Of a stretch of DNA of 64,000 bases, positions 38,135 to 47,444 are shown in pieces (the stretch's first letter is position 1; every line of letters begins with the position of its first letter). Location of the stretch: assembly GCA_050246755.1 (NCBI GenBank), contig JBFWVL010000007.1, forward strand, positions 1-64,000. Direction: 5' to 3'. Under the pieces are notes generated by a model, which was not told the origin of the DNA, made no database searches, and saw only the letters and a program-made list of their open reading frames with translations. Both the position numbers and the translations under genes were made by a program. The stretch comes from Bacteriovoracia bacterium. GTDB lineage: Bacteria; Bdellovibrionota; UBA1018; CAIPTA01.

Positions 38135-39670
38135 ATGGAACTTTGGCTGAGAAGGATCTCTCCAATTTGGCTAGCGCTCACGCTGGCAATTTCTCCGCTC
38201 GCGCGTGCCGAGGAGCTGAGCGATTCCGTGGAAGAGTCTCGCACCTTGGCCGTGGGCGGAATTGATTCCATTGATTTTCCCTTCACGCCTAGAACTCCCG
38301 CCATCGGAAATCCCAGCCTCGTGAAAGTGGAGCAAGGCTCCACGGAGCGGCAAGTGCGCGTGGTGCCGCAGAAAAAAGGCACCACCACGATCCAGTTCGA
38401 TGGGCCCGACGGCAAAGTTTTCAAAAAGATCAACTACAGCTTCATCCCCAATAGCCTCTCCGACAAAGTAAACGTGATCCGCAAACTGCTCCAGGATGTG
38501 GAAGGCATCACGATCGAATCCGTCGACGATAAAATCGTGATCGACGGTGAGCTCATCGTGCCGAAAGATTTCGATCGTATCCTGCAAGTACAGGAAGCCT
38601 ATAAAGACGTAGTGTTTAATCTCGTGAGCCTCAGCAAGATTTCCCGTGACGCGATTGCCCGCCGGATGCAGAAGGAAATCAACGATGATCCGGGTGGCGT
38701 GAACGTGCAGGTGGCAATCAAGAACGACACCTTCTTCCTCACCGGCAAGGTAGACAATGCCGGCGATAAGGACCGGGCCGATTGGATCGCGCAAACCTTC
38801 ATGCCTGAATACCAGGGCAGCCTCTCGATCAATAACCAAGTGCTCAAGGACACGGTAAAGCGATTTTCCATTCGCAACATGATCGTGGTGGAAGAGGCCC
38901 CGCCCGCGCCACCGAAAAAAATGGTGCGCATTACCTATCACTTCGTGGAGATCGGCAAAGAATTCCTCAAGGCTTCGTTCTTCAAGTGGGTGCCCTTCCT
39001 TCAGGAGGGAGCTGGTCTCACGATTGGCCAGTCCACCACGGGCGGCACCGCGGCCACCGGCGGCGGCTCTTTCGTGGGCACGATCACGAACCTGATTCCG
39101 CGCCTGCAGTCGGGAGCCAGCGGAGGATTTGCGCGCATTCTATTCTCCACGGTTGGCTTGGGCGAAGATGGAACTACGATCGATATGGTTCGCCAGGAGC
39201 AAATTCCCTTCGTGGAAGCGGTGGTGAACGGAGTGCCGGTGCCAGGTAACGCATCGGTGGGCGTGAAGGTGAAAGTGACTCCTACCATTTCTGGCGACCA
39301 GCGTCTGAACCTCAATACGGATCTCTCCTTCGAAGTTCCCACGGGCAATGGCGCCGGCGGCAAGCCGCGCACCGTGCGCACGGCTATTACGAATACCGTG
39401 GGCCTTAAATCGGGTGACAGCTGCGCCCTCGGCGGATTAATTCAGAGCAGTACTTCGAAAGATATCGATAAGGATCCGGAAACTTCATCCGGCGCCGCCG
39501 GTAGCGCACTTTTCACACTGCTCCGGTCGAAATCCTTCCGTAATAGCAAGACTCAGTTCGTGGTTTTCGTGACGCCGAAAATAGTTGATGATGCAGCGGA
39601 AGGAACCGCTGACATTAAGGCGAAAATCCTCAATAATAGTCAGAAGAAACGCCGTCGCATCGTTAACTAA
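38135..39670 (+). CDS. cpaC: Tad secretin (CpaC/RcpA) with BON-like domains
   Basis: Signal peptide, IGNP pilus-formation N-domain, C-terminal secretin (VKVTPTI, LGGLI, LLRSKSFRNSKTQFVVFVTPKIV). Confidence 0.88.
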   Translation: MELWLRRISPIWLALTLAISPLARAEELSDSVEESRTLAVGGIDSIDFPFTPRTPAIGNPSLVKVEQGSTERQVRVVPQKKGTTTIQFDGPDGKVFKKINYSFIPNSLSDKVNVIRKLLQDVEGITIESVDDKIVIDGELIVPKDFDRILQVQEAYKDVVFNLVSLSKISRDAIARRMQKEINDDPGGVNVQVAIKNDTFFLTGKVDNAGDKDRADWIAQTFMPEYQGSLSINNQVLKDTVKRFSIRNMIVVEEAPPAPPKKMVRITYHFVEIGKEFLKASFFKWVPFLQEGAGLTIGQSTTGGTAATGGGSFVGTITNLIPRLQSGASGGFARILFSTVGLGEDGTTIDMVRQEQIPFVEAVVNGVPVPGNASVGVKVKVTPTISGDQRLNLNTDLSFEVPTGNGAGGKPRTVRTAITNTVGLKSGDSCALGGLIQSSTSKDIDKDPETSSGAAGSALFTLLRSKSFRNSKTQFVVFVTPKIVDDAAEGTADIKAKILNNSQKKRRRIVN

Positions 39671-39694
39671 AAAAGCGGCGGCTGGGAGCCAAGG

Positions 39695-41863
39695 ATGGCA
39701 GGACACGTCATTTCGGTTATTGGGGGCAAGGGCGGGGTGGGCAAAAGCGTATTTGCCTCCAACCTCGCGCTCGCATTTCTGAAAGAATTTAATATGAAGC
39801 CGCTCCTAGTAGACCAGGACTTTGCGGCCTGCGGCGATCAAAACCTGATTCTCGGCATTCGTCCGCCCAAGGGTTTGTTCGAGGCTTTACAAAATCCCGG
39901 CGCCTTCGATCAGGCCGCGATGATCAAGCTAGTGGCCCAGCATCCGAGCGGGCTGCATTATCTTTCCGCGCCCGCCACCACCGCGCAAGCGCGTTCGATG
40001 AATCCAGATTTGCTGGGTAAGCTCTATAAGGCGATGCCCAATGTGTATCCCCTCACCGTGATCGACTGCGGCTCCACGATGGATGCCTTTACGATTAAGG
40101 CGATGGAATTTTCCACGCTGATCCTGCTCGTAACGAACCCCGATATCCTCGTGATGCACCAAACCCGGCGCATGCTCACCGAGATCGTGGAGTCTCTTTT
40201 TCCCCTGGATATGATCGAGATCGTGCTCAATCGCTATACGCAGAATGCAGCCGTGCTTCCCGCCACGATCCAAAAAAATCTCGGCAAAGCGGTATACGCC
40301 GCGATTCCCGAAGACGCCGCCTCGCATGCGGCCGCGCTTTCTTCGGGGAAGCCGCTGATTCTCGCTGCGCCGAACGCGCCTAGCACGCGCGCCATCCACG
40401 AAATGGTGCGCAAGATGCAGCAGACGCAGCTGCTGCAGAAGCTTTCCGGTCTCAAGAAGCCTTCGCGCGCCCAAATTGCGGCCGCCAACAAGCCCATCGC
40501 GGGCACGAGCGCCGCCGCGAGCGCCAATGCGAAGAAAGCGGAAGAATCTTCCGCTCCGAGAATTCCCGGCCAGCACGTGCAGGCCACTGATCCTTGGAGC
40601 TCGCTGAAGCTCCGCGTGCACAAAGAGCTCGTGGAGAAGATTGATTTCAAGAAGGAAGGGAATAATCCCGGCAACCTAAAGGCTCTTCGGGAAAAATGCC
40701 GGGCGGCGGTGGTGGAGATCCTCAATACCGAAGATACGAACTCGGTAGCGCCCACGCGGGAAGACCTCCAGCAGCTCGTGAAGGAAATCCTCGACGAAGC
40801 GCTCGGGTTCGGCCCGCTCGAAGATCTCCTTGCCGACGATGCCGTGACCGAGATCATGGTGAACTCGGCCAGCCAGATCTACATGGAGAAGGCGGGTAAG
40901 CCCGCGCTCTCCAAAGTTACTTTTTCTTCGAACCAGCAGCTCATGAATGTGATCGAGCGGATCGTGATGCCCCTCGGCCGCCGCATCGACGAGAAAAGCC
41001 CTTACGTGGACGCTCGCTTGCCCGATGGCTCCCGGGTGCACGCGATCATCCCTCCGCTCGCGATCCGCGGCCCCACCGTAACGATCCGGAAGTTTCCTAA
41101 GAAACGCTTTATCTGGCAGGATCTCGTGAACTACGGATCGATCACCGCCGAGATCGCGGATTTTTTACGGCTATGCGTGGAGAGCCGGCTGAACATTGTG
41201 GTGTCCGGGGGCACGGGCTCCGGAAAGACTACGCTGCTGAACGTGCTCTCCAGCTTCATTCCCGCCACCGAGCGGATCATCACGGTGGAGGATTCCGCCG
41301 AGCTTTCCCTCGCGCAGGAGCACGTGGTTCGTCTCGAGACCCGCCCCGCGAATATCGAGGGGGAAGGGGAAGTTTCCATCCGCGATCTCGTGAAGCAAAC
41401 GCTGCGGATGCGGCCCGATCGGATCATCGTAGGGGAGTGCCGCGCAGGGGAAGCCCTCGACATGCTCCAGGCCATGAATACCGGGCACGACGGCTCGCTC
41501 ACTACGATTCACTCCAATACCCCGCGCGATTGTATCGCGCGTCTCGAAACTCTCGTGATGATGGCCGGCATGAGCTTGCCGGCTAAAGCGATTCGCGAGC
41601 AAGTGGCGGCGGCGGTGCACTTGATTGTGCAGCAGAGCCGGATGTCGGATGGTTCGAGGAAAATTACCTATATAACCGAGGTAGTGGGAATTCAGGGTGA
41701 TACCGTGAGCTTGCAGGATATTTTCACCTACAAACAGGAAGGGCTCGATAAGCGCCGCAAAGTGCAAGGCCGCTTTGTGGCTTCCGGTTTCATTCCTAAG
41801 TTCGTCGAGCAGATCGAAGCGAAGGGGCTGAAAATCCCCCGTTCGCTCTTCACCACGAAGTAA
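39695..41863 (+). CDS. tadA: Fused TadZ/CpaE (MinD-like) and TadA/CpaF pilus ATPase
   Basis: N-terminal GGKGGVGKS deviant Walker A; C-terminal GGTGSGKTT, LRMRPDRIIVGECR, MNTGHDG. Confidence 0.93.
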   Translation: MAGHVISVIGGKGGVGKSVFASNLALAFLKEFNMKPLLVDQDFAACGDQNLILGIRPPKGLFEALQNPGAFDQAAMIKLVAQHPSGLHYLSAPATTAQARSMNPDLLGKLYKAMPNVYPLTVIDCGSTMDAFTIKAMEFSTLILLVTNPDILVMHQTRRMLTEIVESLFPLDMIEIVLNRYTQNAAVLPATIQKNLGKAVYAAIPEDAASHAAALSSGKPLILAAPNAPSTRAIHEMVRKMQQTQLLQKLSGLKKPSRAQIAAANKPIAGTSAAASANAKKAEESSAPRIPGQHVQATDPWSSLKLRVHKELVEKIDFKKEGNNPGNLKALREKCRAAVVEILNTEDTNSVAPTREDLQQLVKEILDEALGFGPLEDLLADDAVTEIMVNSASQIYMEKAGKPALSKVTFSSNQQLMNVIERIVMPLGRRIDEKSPYVDARLPDGSRVHAIIPPLAIRGPTVTIRKFPKKRFIWQDLVNYGSITAEIADFLRLCVESRLNIVVSGGTGSGKTTLLNVLSSFIPATERIITVEDSAELSLAQEHVVRLETRPANIEGEGEVSIRDLVKQTLRMRPDRIIVGECRAGEALDMLQAMNTGHDGSLTTIHSNTPRDCIARLETLVMMAGMSLPAKAIREQVAAAVHLIVQQSRMSDGSRKITYITEVVGIQGDTVSLQDIFTYKQEGLDKRRKVQGRFVASGFIPKFVEQIEAKGLKIPRSLFTTK

Positions 41864-41877
41864 AAGGAGGCGGATCT

Positions 41878-42753
41878 GTGAAGGAGATATTTAATTCGCT
41901 AACCATTTCTCTTTTCGTGGGCGCGATGGTTTTTTTCGTGGCCTACTCGAACGCGGCGCGTTTCCTCGAATGGATGCGCTGGCAGTCCATCGGCACCCGC
42001 GACTATATCGTAGAAAAATTAGCGATGATGTTCATCGACGTGACTCCCAATCAGGTGCTGGGCGGAATGATCGCCACCTCCGTGATTCCCGCGCTAATCG
42101 TTTTTATCGTGATCTTGCCCCAGCTCATTCCGGCCACGCTCCTCGCTTTTCTGGTTGGCGTAGGGTTATGGTTCGTGCCCCGAATGGTAGTGGATTCGAT
42201 GTTCAATAAACGCGTAGAAACCTTCAACTACCAGATGATCGACGGCCTCGGCCTCATGGCGAACGGGATGAAATCGGGGCTTTCGATCGTGCAGGCGCTC
42301 GGCATGGTGAAGAATGAAATGCCCAACCCTCTCGGGCAGGAATTCGACTACGTGCTCAAGCAGCAGCTGCTAGGGGTTTCGGTGGAAGACGCATTTCAAA
42401 ACTTGGCCAAACGAATTCCGTCGGAAGACGTGAACATGTTTGTTACCTCGGTGGTGATCCTGAAGGAAACCGGCGGTAACTTGGCCGAAACCTTCGAGAC
42501 CATCGTGATGGTGATCCGGGAGCGGGTAAAGATTGAAAAGAAAATTTCCGCGATGATGCGGCAAAACTTGGCCCAGGGGGCGATCGTATTCATGATGCCC
42601 TACGCAATGGTGGCGATGTTCTATTTTTCCGATCCTGATTTTTTAACGCCGATGTTCCAGGAGCCGATCGGATGGGCGATGCTTTTCGTCGCCACGGCGC
42701 TTCAGTGGACGGGTGGTTTTATGATTTATAAGCTAGTGCAAATTAAGGTATGA
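41878..42753 (+). CDS. tadB: Tad platform protein TadB
   Basis: DGLGLMANGMKSGLS, PNPLGQEF, ETGGNLAE. Confidence 0.9.
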   Translation: MKEIFNSLTISLFVGAMVFFVAYSNAARFLEWMRWQSIGTRDYIVEKLAMMFIDVTPNQVLGGMIATSVIPALIVFIVILPQLIPATLLAFLVGVGLWFVPRMVVDSMFNKRVETFNYQMIDGLGLMANGMKSGLSIVQALGMVKNEMPNPLGQEFDYVLKQQLLGVSVEDAFQNLAKRIPSEDVNMFVTSVVILKETGGNLAETFETIVMVIRERVKIEKKISAMMRQNLAQGAIVFMMPYAMVAMFYFSDPDFLTPMFQEPIGWAMLFVATALQWTGGFMIYKLVQIKV

Positions 42754-42782
42754 TTTTGGGTAATTCTTTTAGGAGTAAGCAA

Positions 42783-44579
42783 ATGATGAAACGGCAAAAA
42801 TATTTTTTCTCGGGTTTGGCTGCGGCCGCCGTTTTAGGTTTTTCCGCTCCTGCCGAAGCGATGGTGGCCATTGGTAACGGAAACTACTTCATCGGCTTCA
42901 CCGACCTCGAGCACGAAGCGCCGGTAAATTCTTTTCAGCTGAAGATCCAGCGCACGAATAACTCCCGCTCCCAGTTCGATGGCCTTTTCGGCTACGGTTG
43001 GGGCTCCGACTACGAAGCTTTTCTTCTTCCTTCTTCCGACGGCAGTGTGGTGATTCAAGAAAGCGGCGGTGGAGATAAGACGCGCTTTTCCCCGAAAGAG
43101 TTTTCCAAGGCCGCGCTCGAGAAGCAGGTGGACCGCCTGCTGGAGGCTTACGGGAAAAAAAATAGGGCTACCGGCACCGTCCTTAAAGCCAAGCGTGAGA
43201 AATGGATCGGCGATGCGAATGAGCGCGACGAAGAGAGCCGCAACTTAGGTATTTTTCCGGAATTGCCCGTGGGCACGAAGCTCTATAGTACGCAACGCGG
43301 CGACAAGCAGACCCTTACCGTGATCAAGGGCGGCTACGTGCGTGAATACGGCGACGGAAAACAAGAGTTATTTAACGTGAAGGTGGATGTGGCCGATCAG
43401 GGCGTGGATCCAGCCAAGCGCCGTGTCCTTAAGGGCGTGCTGAAAGTAAGCCGTCTCGTGGACCCCGTGCGCAAAGCCCAGGTTTTTTATGAGTACGACC
43501 CTAGCGGTCGCCTCACCACCGTTACCGACAAGAAAACCCAGACCGTGCGTGTTCGCTACGGCGTTAACGGCAAGATCTCGGAAGTAGCCGATTCCCGCGG
43601 AAATAAAGCCACCTATGAGTATTGCGACTCTGCCGCGGCCTATAATACCGCCAAGAAATGCGGCAAAGGCGATCTTGTGCGCTCTAAGGATACGTCGGGT
43701 TCCGTCTATAGCTACCAATACGATGCTTTGCATAACCTGATCCGCGTGGGCTATCCACGTGATGGCAAACCCGATCAGGAATTCGAGGAGATCGCTTATT
43801 GGCCGATGGGGGGCGATGGGCAGGGTGGAGTGAAGTCCGTGAAAAACCAGAACGGCGCCCTTTCGGAATACAGCTACTGGCAAGACCCTAAAGACAAAGA
43901 AGGCCACTATAAGACCGAGGTGAAGACCACGTACCAGAGCGGTAAGTCTTCCACTTCGTCCTACGAATACTACGAGAAAAAACGGGCCGACGGCTCGCGC
44001 TATCGATATAAGTTAGTGGCTGTCACCGACGGTGATAAAACGGAAACTATCTATAACGAATGTTGCGGCCAGCCCCTGCAGATCGTAAACGGTGGCGGTA
44101 CCACCAAGTTCGAATACTATGCTGGCACCGGCCTTCCCCGCGAGAAGGATACTCCTTCCGAAAATATCCAATGGCAGTACCATCCGAAATTTCACGGCAA
44201 GATCACCAAAGTGACCGTAAGCGATAAGGCCGCCAAATCGGCGAAGAGCAGCGAGTTCCAGTACGACGACAAGAACGGCCAGCTCACGAAAGCACGTACT
44301 TCGGATGGTAAGGGAATCGTGTTGATGTACGACGGACAGGGCCGCATCGCCCAAATGATCGATCAGGATAAGCGTAAAATCGTGTTCAAGTACACGAGCT
44401 CCTCTAAGCCCGCCGAAATCATGCAGGACGGCGTGGGCTCGATTCAGGTGAGCTACGACAAAGGCGGCAATATTAAGGACGTAAAATCCAAGGGCGGCCG
44501 CCAAATCGCCATCTCCGTGGCGGCGGCTTTTCAAAATTTGCTGGAAATCATTAAGCCGGCGGGAATTCAGCCGATATAG
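42783..44579 (+). CDS. Secreted DUF6531/YD-RHS repeat protein, Bd0109-like
   Basis: Signal peptide; GNYF, RTNNSRS...GLFGYGWGS.YE; YEYDPSGRL, YQYDALHNL, YDGQGRI repeats; directly after tadB; no toxin tip. Confidence 0.85.
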   Translation: MMKRQKYFFSGLAAAAVLGFSAPAEAMVAIGNGNYFIGFTDLEHEAPVNSFQLKIQRTNNSRSQFDGLFGYGWGSDYEAFLLPSSDGSVVIQESGGGDKTRFSPKEFSKAALEKQVDRLLEAYGKKNRATGTVLKAKREKWIGDANERDEESRNLGIFPELPVGTKLYSTQRGDKQTLTVIKGGYVREYGDGKQELFNVKVDVADQGVDPAKRRVLKGVLKVSRLVDPVRKAQVFYEYDPSGRLTTVTDKKTQTVRVRYGVNGKISEVADSRGNKATYEYCDSAAAYNTAKKCGKGDLVRSKDTSGSVYSYQYDALHNLIRVGYPRDGKPDQEFEEIAYWPMGGDGQGGVKSVKNQNGALSEYSYWQDPKDKEGHYKTEVKTTYQSGKSSTSSYEYYEKKRADGSRYRYKLVAVTDGDKTETIYNECCGQPLQIVNGGGTTKFEYYAGTGLPREKDTPSENIQWQYHPKFHGKITKVTVSDKAAKSAKSSEFQYDDKNGQLTKARTSDGKGIVLMYDGQGRIAQMIDQDKRKIVFKYTSSSKPAEIMQDGVGSIQVSYDKGGNIKDVKSKGGRQIAISVAAAFQNLLEIIKPAGIQPI

Positions 44580-44611
44580 CTAAGGTAGGGGCTTAGTTTT
44601 CGAGCGCTGCA

Positions 44612-44726
44612 CTGTTGAAAGTTTAGGCAGGCTGTCTAAACTTTAGGCAGGGGCTAGGGGAAAACTGAAAAAAACCTACGGGATATCAAGGGTTAGGTCC
44701 CCCGTCTTCGTGGCATGGCCCTTGCT
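44612..44726 (+). promoter_or_regulatory. sigma54 promoter with tandem upstream activator palindromes
   Basis: CTGTTGAAA-G-TTTAGGCAG 44612-44630; CTGTCTAAA-C-TTTAGGCAG 44632-44650; TGGCATGGCCCTTGCT 44711-44726. Confidence 0.72.
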
Positions 44727-44764
44727 CTGTCGGTAGTAGGTAGTTTTTAAAGGAGAGAGAATTT

Positions 44765-44962
44765 ATGAAAAAGATTTTGATGTTAGTGATCGCGTCTTCT
44801 TTGGTTGGCGCATCCGCTATGGCAGTAGGTCCCAATAAGGAAATCAACTGCAAAGACGTAGTGAAAAAAGTTAAGGAAATGCAGGACAAAAAGGCTGCCG
44901 CCAACGGCCAAGCCGACGAGTCCGCACCCGCCGCTAAAGGCAACAGCAAAGACGCTAACTAA
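44765..44962 (+). CDS. Small secreted protein (65 aa), positional analogue of hit/Bd0108
   Basis: SD AAGGAG, Sec signal ending SAMA, one Cys, low-complexity tail; own promoter and terminator. Confidence 0.8.
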   Translation: MKKILMLVIASSLVGASAMAVGPNKEINCKDVVKKVKEMQDKKAAANGQADESAPAAKGNSKDAN

Positions 44963-44989
44963 TTTTCAGTTAGTTTAGTTTCTCGAATC

Positions 44990-45025
44990 GGCCAGGCCCT
45001 CACGGGTGCTGGCCTTTTCTTTTTT
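44990..45025 (+). terminator. Rho-independent terminator
   Basis: GGCCAG-GCCC-TCAC-GGGT-GCTGGCC followed by TTTTCTTTTTT. Confidence 0.75.
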
Positions 45026-45420
45026 CCGTTTCCAAAATCCCCTTCGGGCTCCTCCCATTTCCGGTGTTACAGCCCCGATTCCCTCGGCCTCTAAGGCCTC
45101 CAGGCGGCCCCCAGCGCCCTTCCATACCCCCGCCTGGTCTTCTCTTCCTCTTCCTCTTTTTGCCCCTATGCCCCTTATCCTTTCCCAGTTGCCGTTCTTT
45201 CGTTCTCCATCGTCTAGTTTCTAGGCGCCTATTCCGACCGTGCCCAAGTCCTGGAATTGAGCTGGGTTTACGTTTCATGTTCGCGCGGAGACGGGGTGTA
45301 CTACGCGCATACTAGTGTAAAAAAACTAGACGCTCTCGTGGCCTAAATGAGGCGGGTCGGAATGGAGTCATAAACGATATCTCTTTGATTCTACTTGGTA
45401 AAAGTAAGTTTTGAGCAGGT

Positions 45421-45436
45421 TGGCAAGCTGGTTGCA
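45421..45436 (+). promoter_or_regulatory. sigma54 -24/-12 promoter
   Basis: TGGCAAGCTGGTTGCA (GG-N10-GC). Confidence 0.68.
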
Positions 45437-45531
45437 ATACCTGTTCGCGTAGGAATAGTTTTCCATTTGCACCTCTGGTTCCCAGGAGCCGGCGGCCGCA
45501 ACTGGTGATGTTGTGTAGAGAGGTATAAAAG

Positions 45532-45753
45532 ATGAAGTCGTTAAAAGTTGTATTCGTAGCCGCTGCGCTCTTAGTTTCTGGTTCTGCCATGGCGTCCGTA
45601 GGTGACTTCCGTAGCACCGGAGAAGAACTCCGCAATGGCCAATTGATTTGCCCTAAACTGGCTGATTCCGCTTACAAAAAAGCGAATATCAATGCCCAGT
45701 CTTCCGGCGAAGTAGCCCGCGACGTTGCTAGCAGCTCGCACAGCGCGAACTAA
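45532..45753 (+). CDS. Small secreted protein (73 aa)
   Basis: SD GAGG, Sec signal ending SAMA, one Cys, Ser-rich tail. Confidence 0.8.
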   Translation: MKSLKVVFVAAALLVSGSAMASVGDFRSTGEELRNGQLICPKLADSAYKKANINAQSSGEVARDVASSSHSAN

Positions 45754-45774
45754 GTAGCTTACGGCACCACTGCT

Positions 45775-46161
45775 TTACGGCATGGTGCCTGGCTTAACCA
45801 TTAGTTCGAGCCGGTGAGCCAGCGTTTGGCGCAGTGAATCCGTGGTAAAGGGGTAGACCAAGACGTCTTGTGCCCCGAAGCGGAACGCTTTGTCGATCGC
45901 GGATCGCGTGCTCAGGCGCGTGATCAGCAGGAAAGTCGCGCTCTCATTCACCTTCTTCAGTATTTTCATGATCTCGAGCCCGTTGGTTCCGGGAATGAAC
46001 AAGTCTACTATCACCAGCGGAGCGGCGCTTTCCATCATCGCTTCAGTCACACCCTTGGCTCCGAATACTTCCTTCGTGATTTTTAGCGGCAATTCATCTA
46101 CCGCCGCGCGTATCACTTTCCGCAGCTCCGCATCGTTGCAGACTACTAGCAGATTCGTCAT
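45775..46161 (-). CDS. Single-domain, atypical response regulator receiver
   Basis: VIVDLFIPGTNGLEI, GAQDVLVYPF; acidic pocket (CND) and conserved Lys degenerate. Confidence 0.8.
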   Translation of the reverse strand: MTNLLVVCNDAELRKVIRAAVDELPLKITKEVFGAKGVTEAMMESAAPLVIVDLFIPGTNGLEIMKILKKVNESATFLLITRLSTRSAIDKAFRFGAQDVLVYPFTTDSLRQTLAHRLELMVKPGTMP

Positions 46162-47444
46162 TCACCGCCTCCTGCTTCGTCTTCGTCGGTTCGGTGTACC
46201 GTTACGATAACGGTCTCGATGGCTTTCTCCGAAGCGCGGTGTACCCGAATCTTGAAGTTGGCGAAGTAGAGTTCGTCTCCTACCGAAGGAATTCGATTAA
46301 ATTGCTGGAGTAAAAAACCAGAAAGGGTTTCGTATTCTCCCTTGGGCACGTGAATCTTCAGACGTTCATTGAGCTCATTTACGGGCATATTCACCTGCAC
46401 TAGGTAGGAATTGGTGCCGATCTCCATGATGCCGAGGTTGTTTTCATCCCATTCGTCGGAGATATCTCCCACGATTTCCTCGAGTACGTCTTCCTTGGTC
46501 ACGATGCCCACGGCGCCACCGTATTCGTCTACCACCACCGCCAGCTCCGCTTCTTGCAGTTCTTTCGTGAGGGTTTCCAGCTGCTGCACCTCGGGCACAA
46601 AGAGCGCGGGGCGCATAAAGCGGCTGACTTTTTCCTGATCGGGATCGCGGCAGCCGAATACATCGGGGAAGTAGAGGATGCCCACGATATTATCGATCCT
46701 TTCCTCGTATACCGGGAGCCGCGAATGGCGCAGGGTCTCGAACATGTCGATCGCTTCCTGAACGGTGGAGTCTCTCTCGATTGCATCTACGTTCACGAAC
46801 GGCAGCATCACCTTTTTCACGTTTTGCTGGGAGAACTCGAGAATCCTGCGGATCATCCGCTTGTGTCCGAGTTGAATTTCGCTTTCTTCGTCGGATTCGG
46901 ACAGCAGGGCCTGAAGCTCTTCCCGGGTGCGCTTGCGCCGGCTAAGGGCATCTTGGCCGCCTAGGCCCACCATTCGCGTAAGACGAACCGTATAAAGGGA
47001 GATCAGAAACAACGCGGGACTAGCCATCTTGGAGAAGAAAAATAGGGGAGCGGCGAACCAAAGACTGATGCGCTCCGGGAAGGTGCGGGCGATCACTTTC
47101 GGCATGCTATCGGAGAATATGAGAATAAGAGGGGCGCAGATCGCAAACATGAGCCATTCCCGCTCCACGCCGATCCGGTGCATGAGCAGAGTGGCTAAGG
47201 TGGTAGCGGCCGCGATGCCAAGGTTGGCGCCGAATTGCGTGGTGGAAAGCAGGTAGTCGAGATTTTCGAGTTGTTTGAGCGCCAATGCCGCATTGCGGTT
47301 GCCTTCTTTTTTCCTTTTATTCAGAAAAATGCGGTCCGCGCTGATCAACGCGGTTTCGGCCCCCGTAAAAAAAGCGGTAGCGAATACGCCTAGCACCACG
47401 CCGATACCGAGGAAAACTACGCCGGTCATCGCTTCTGCTCCCAT
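46158..47444 (-). CDS. CNNM/CorC hemolysin-family protein (DUF21-CBS-CorC)
   Basis: [44 protein letters not shown]. Start may be 47429. Confidence 0.9.
   Translation of the reverse strand: MGAEAMTGVVFLGIGVVLGVFATAFFTGAETALISADRIFLNKRKKEGNRNAALALKQLENLDYLLSTTQFGANLGIAAATTLATLLMHRIGVEREWLMFAICAPLILIFSDSMPKVIARTFPERISLWFAAPLFFFSKMASPALFLISLYTVRLTRMVGLGGQDALSRRKRTREELQALLSESDEESEIQLGHKRMIRRILEFSQQNVKKVMLPFVNVDAIERDSTVQEAIDMFETLRHSRLPVYEERIDNIVGILYFPDVFGCRDPDQEKVSRFMRPALFVPEVQQLETLTKELQEAELAVVVDEYGGAVGIVTKEDVLEEIVGDISDEWDENNLGIMEIGTNSYLVQVNMPVNELNERLKIHVPKGEYETLSGFLLQQFNRIPSVGDELYFANFKIRVHRASEKAIETVIVTVHRTDEDEAGGGE

Noticed and set aside
42783-44962. RHS polymorphic toxin plus immunity gene
   Set aside because: There is no DPxG core-end motif and no C-terminal toxin domain. 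The downstream ORF has its own promoter and a signal peptide, which fits the Bd0109/hit arrangement better.
45030-45240. Strongly pyrimidine-skewed stretch with short ORFs on both strands
   Set aside because: Low-complexity translations, no SD and no recognisable RNA fold; treated as spacer.
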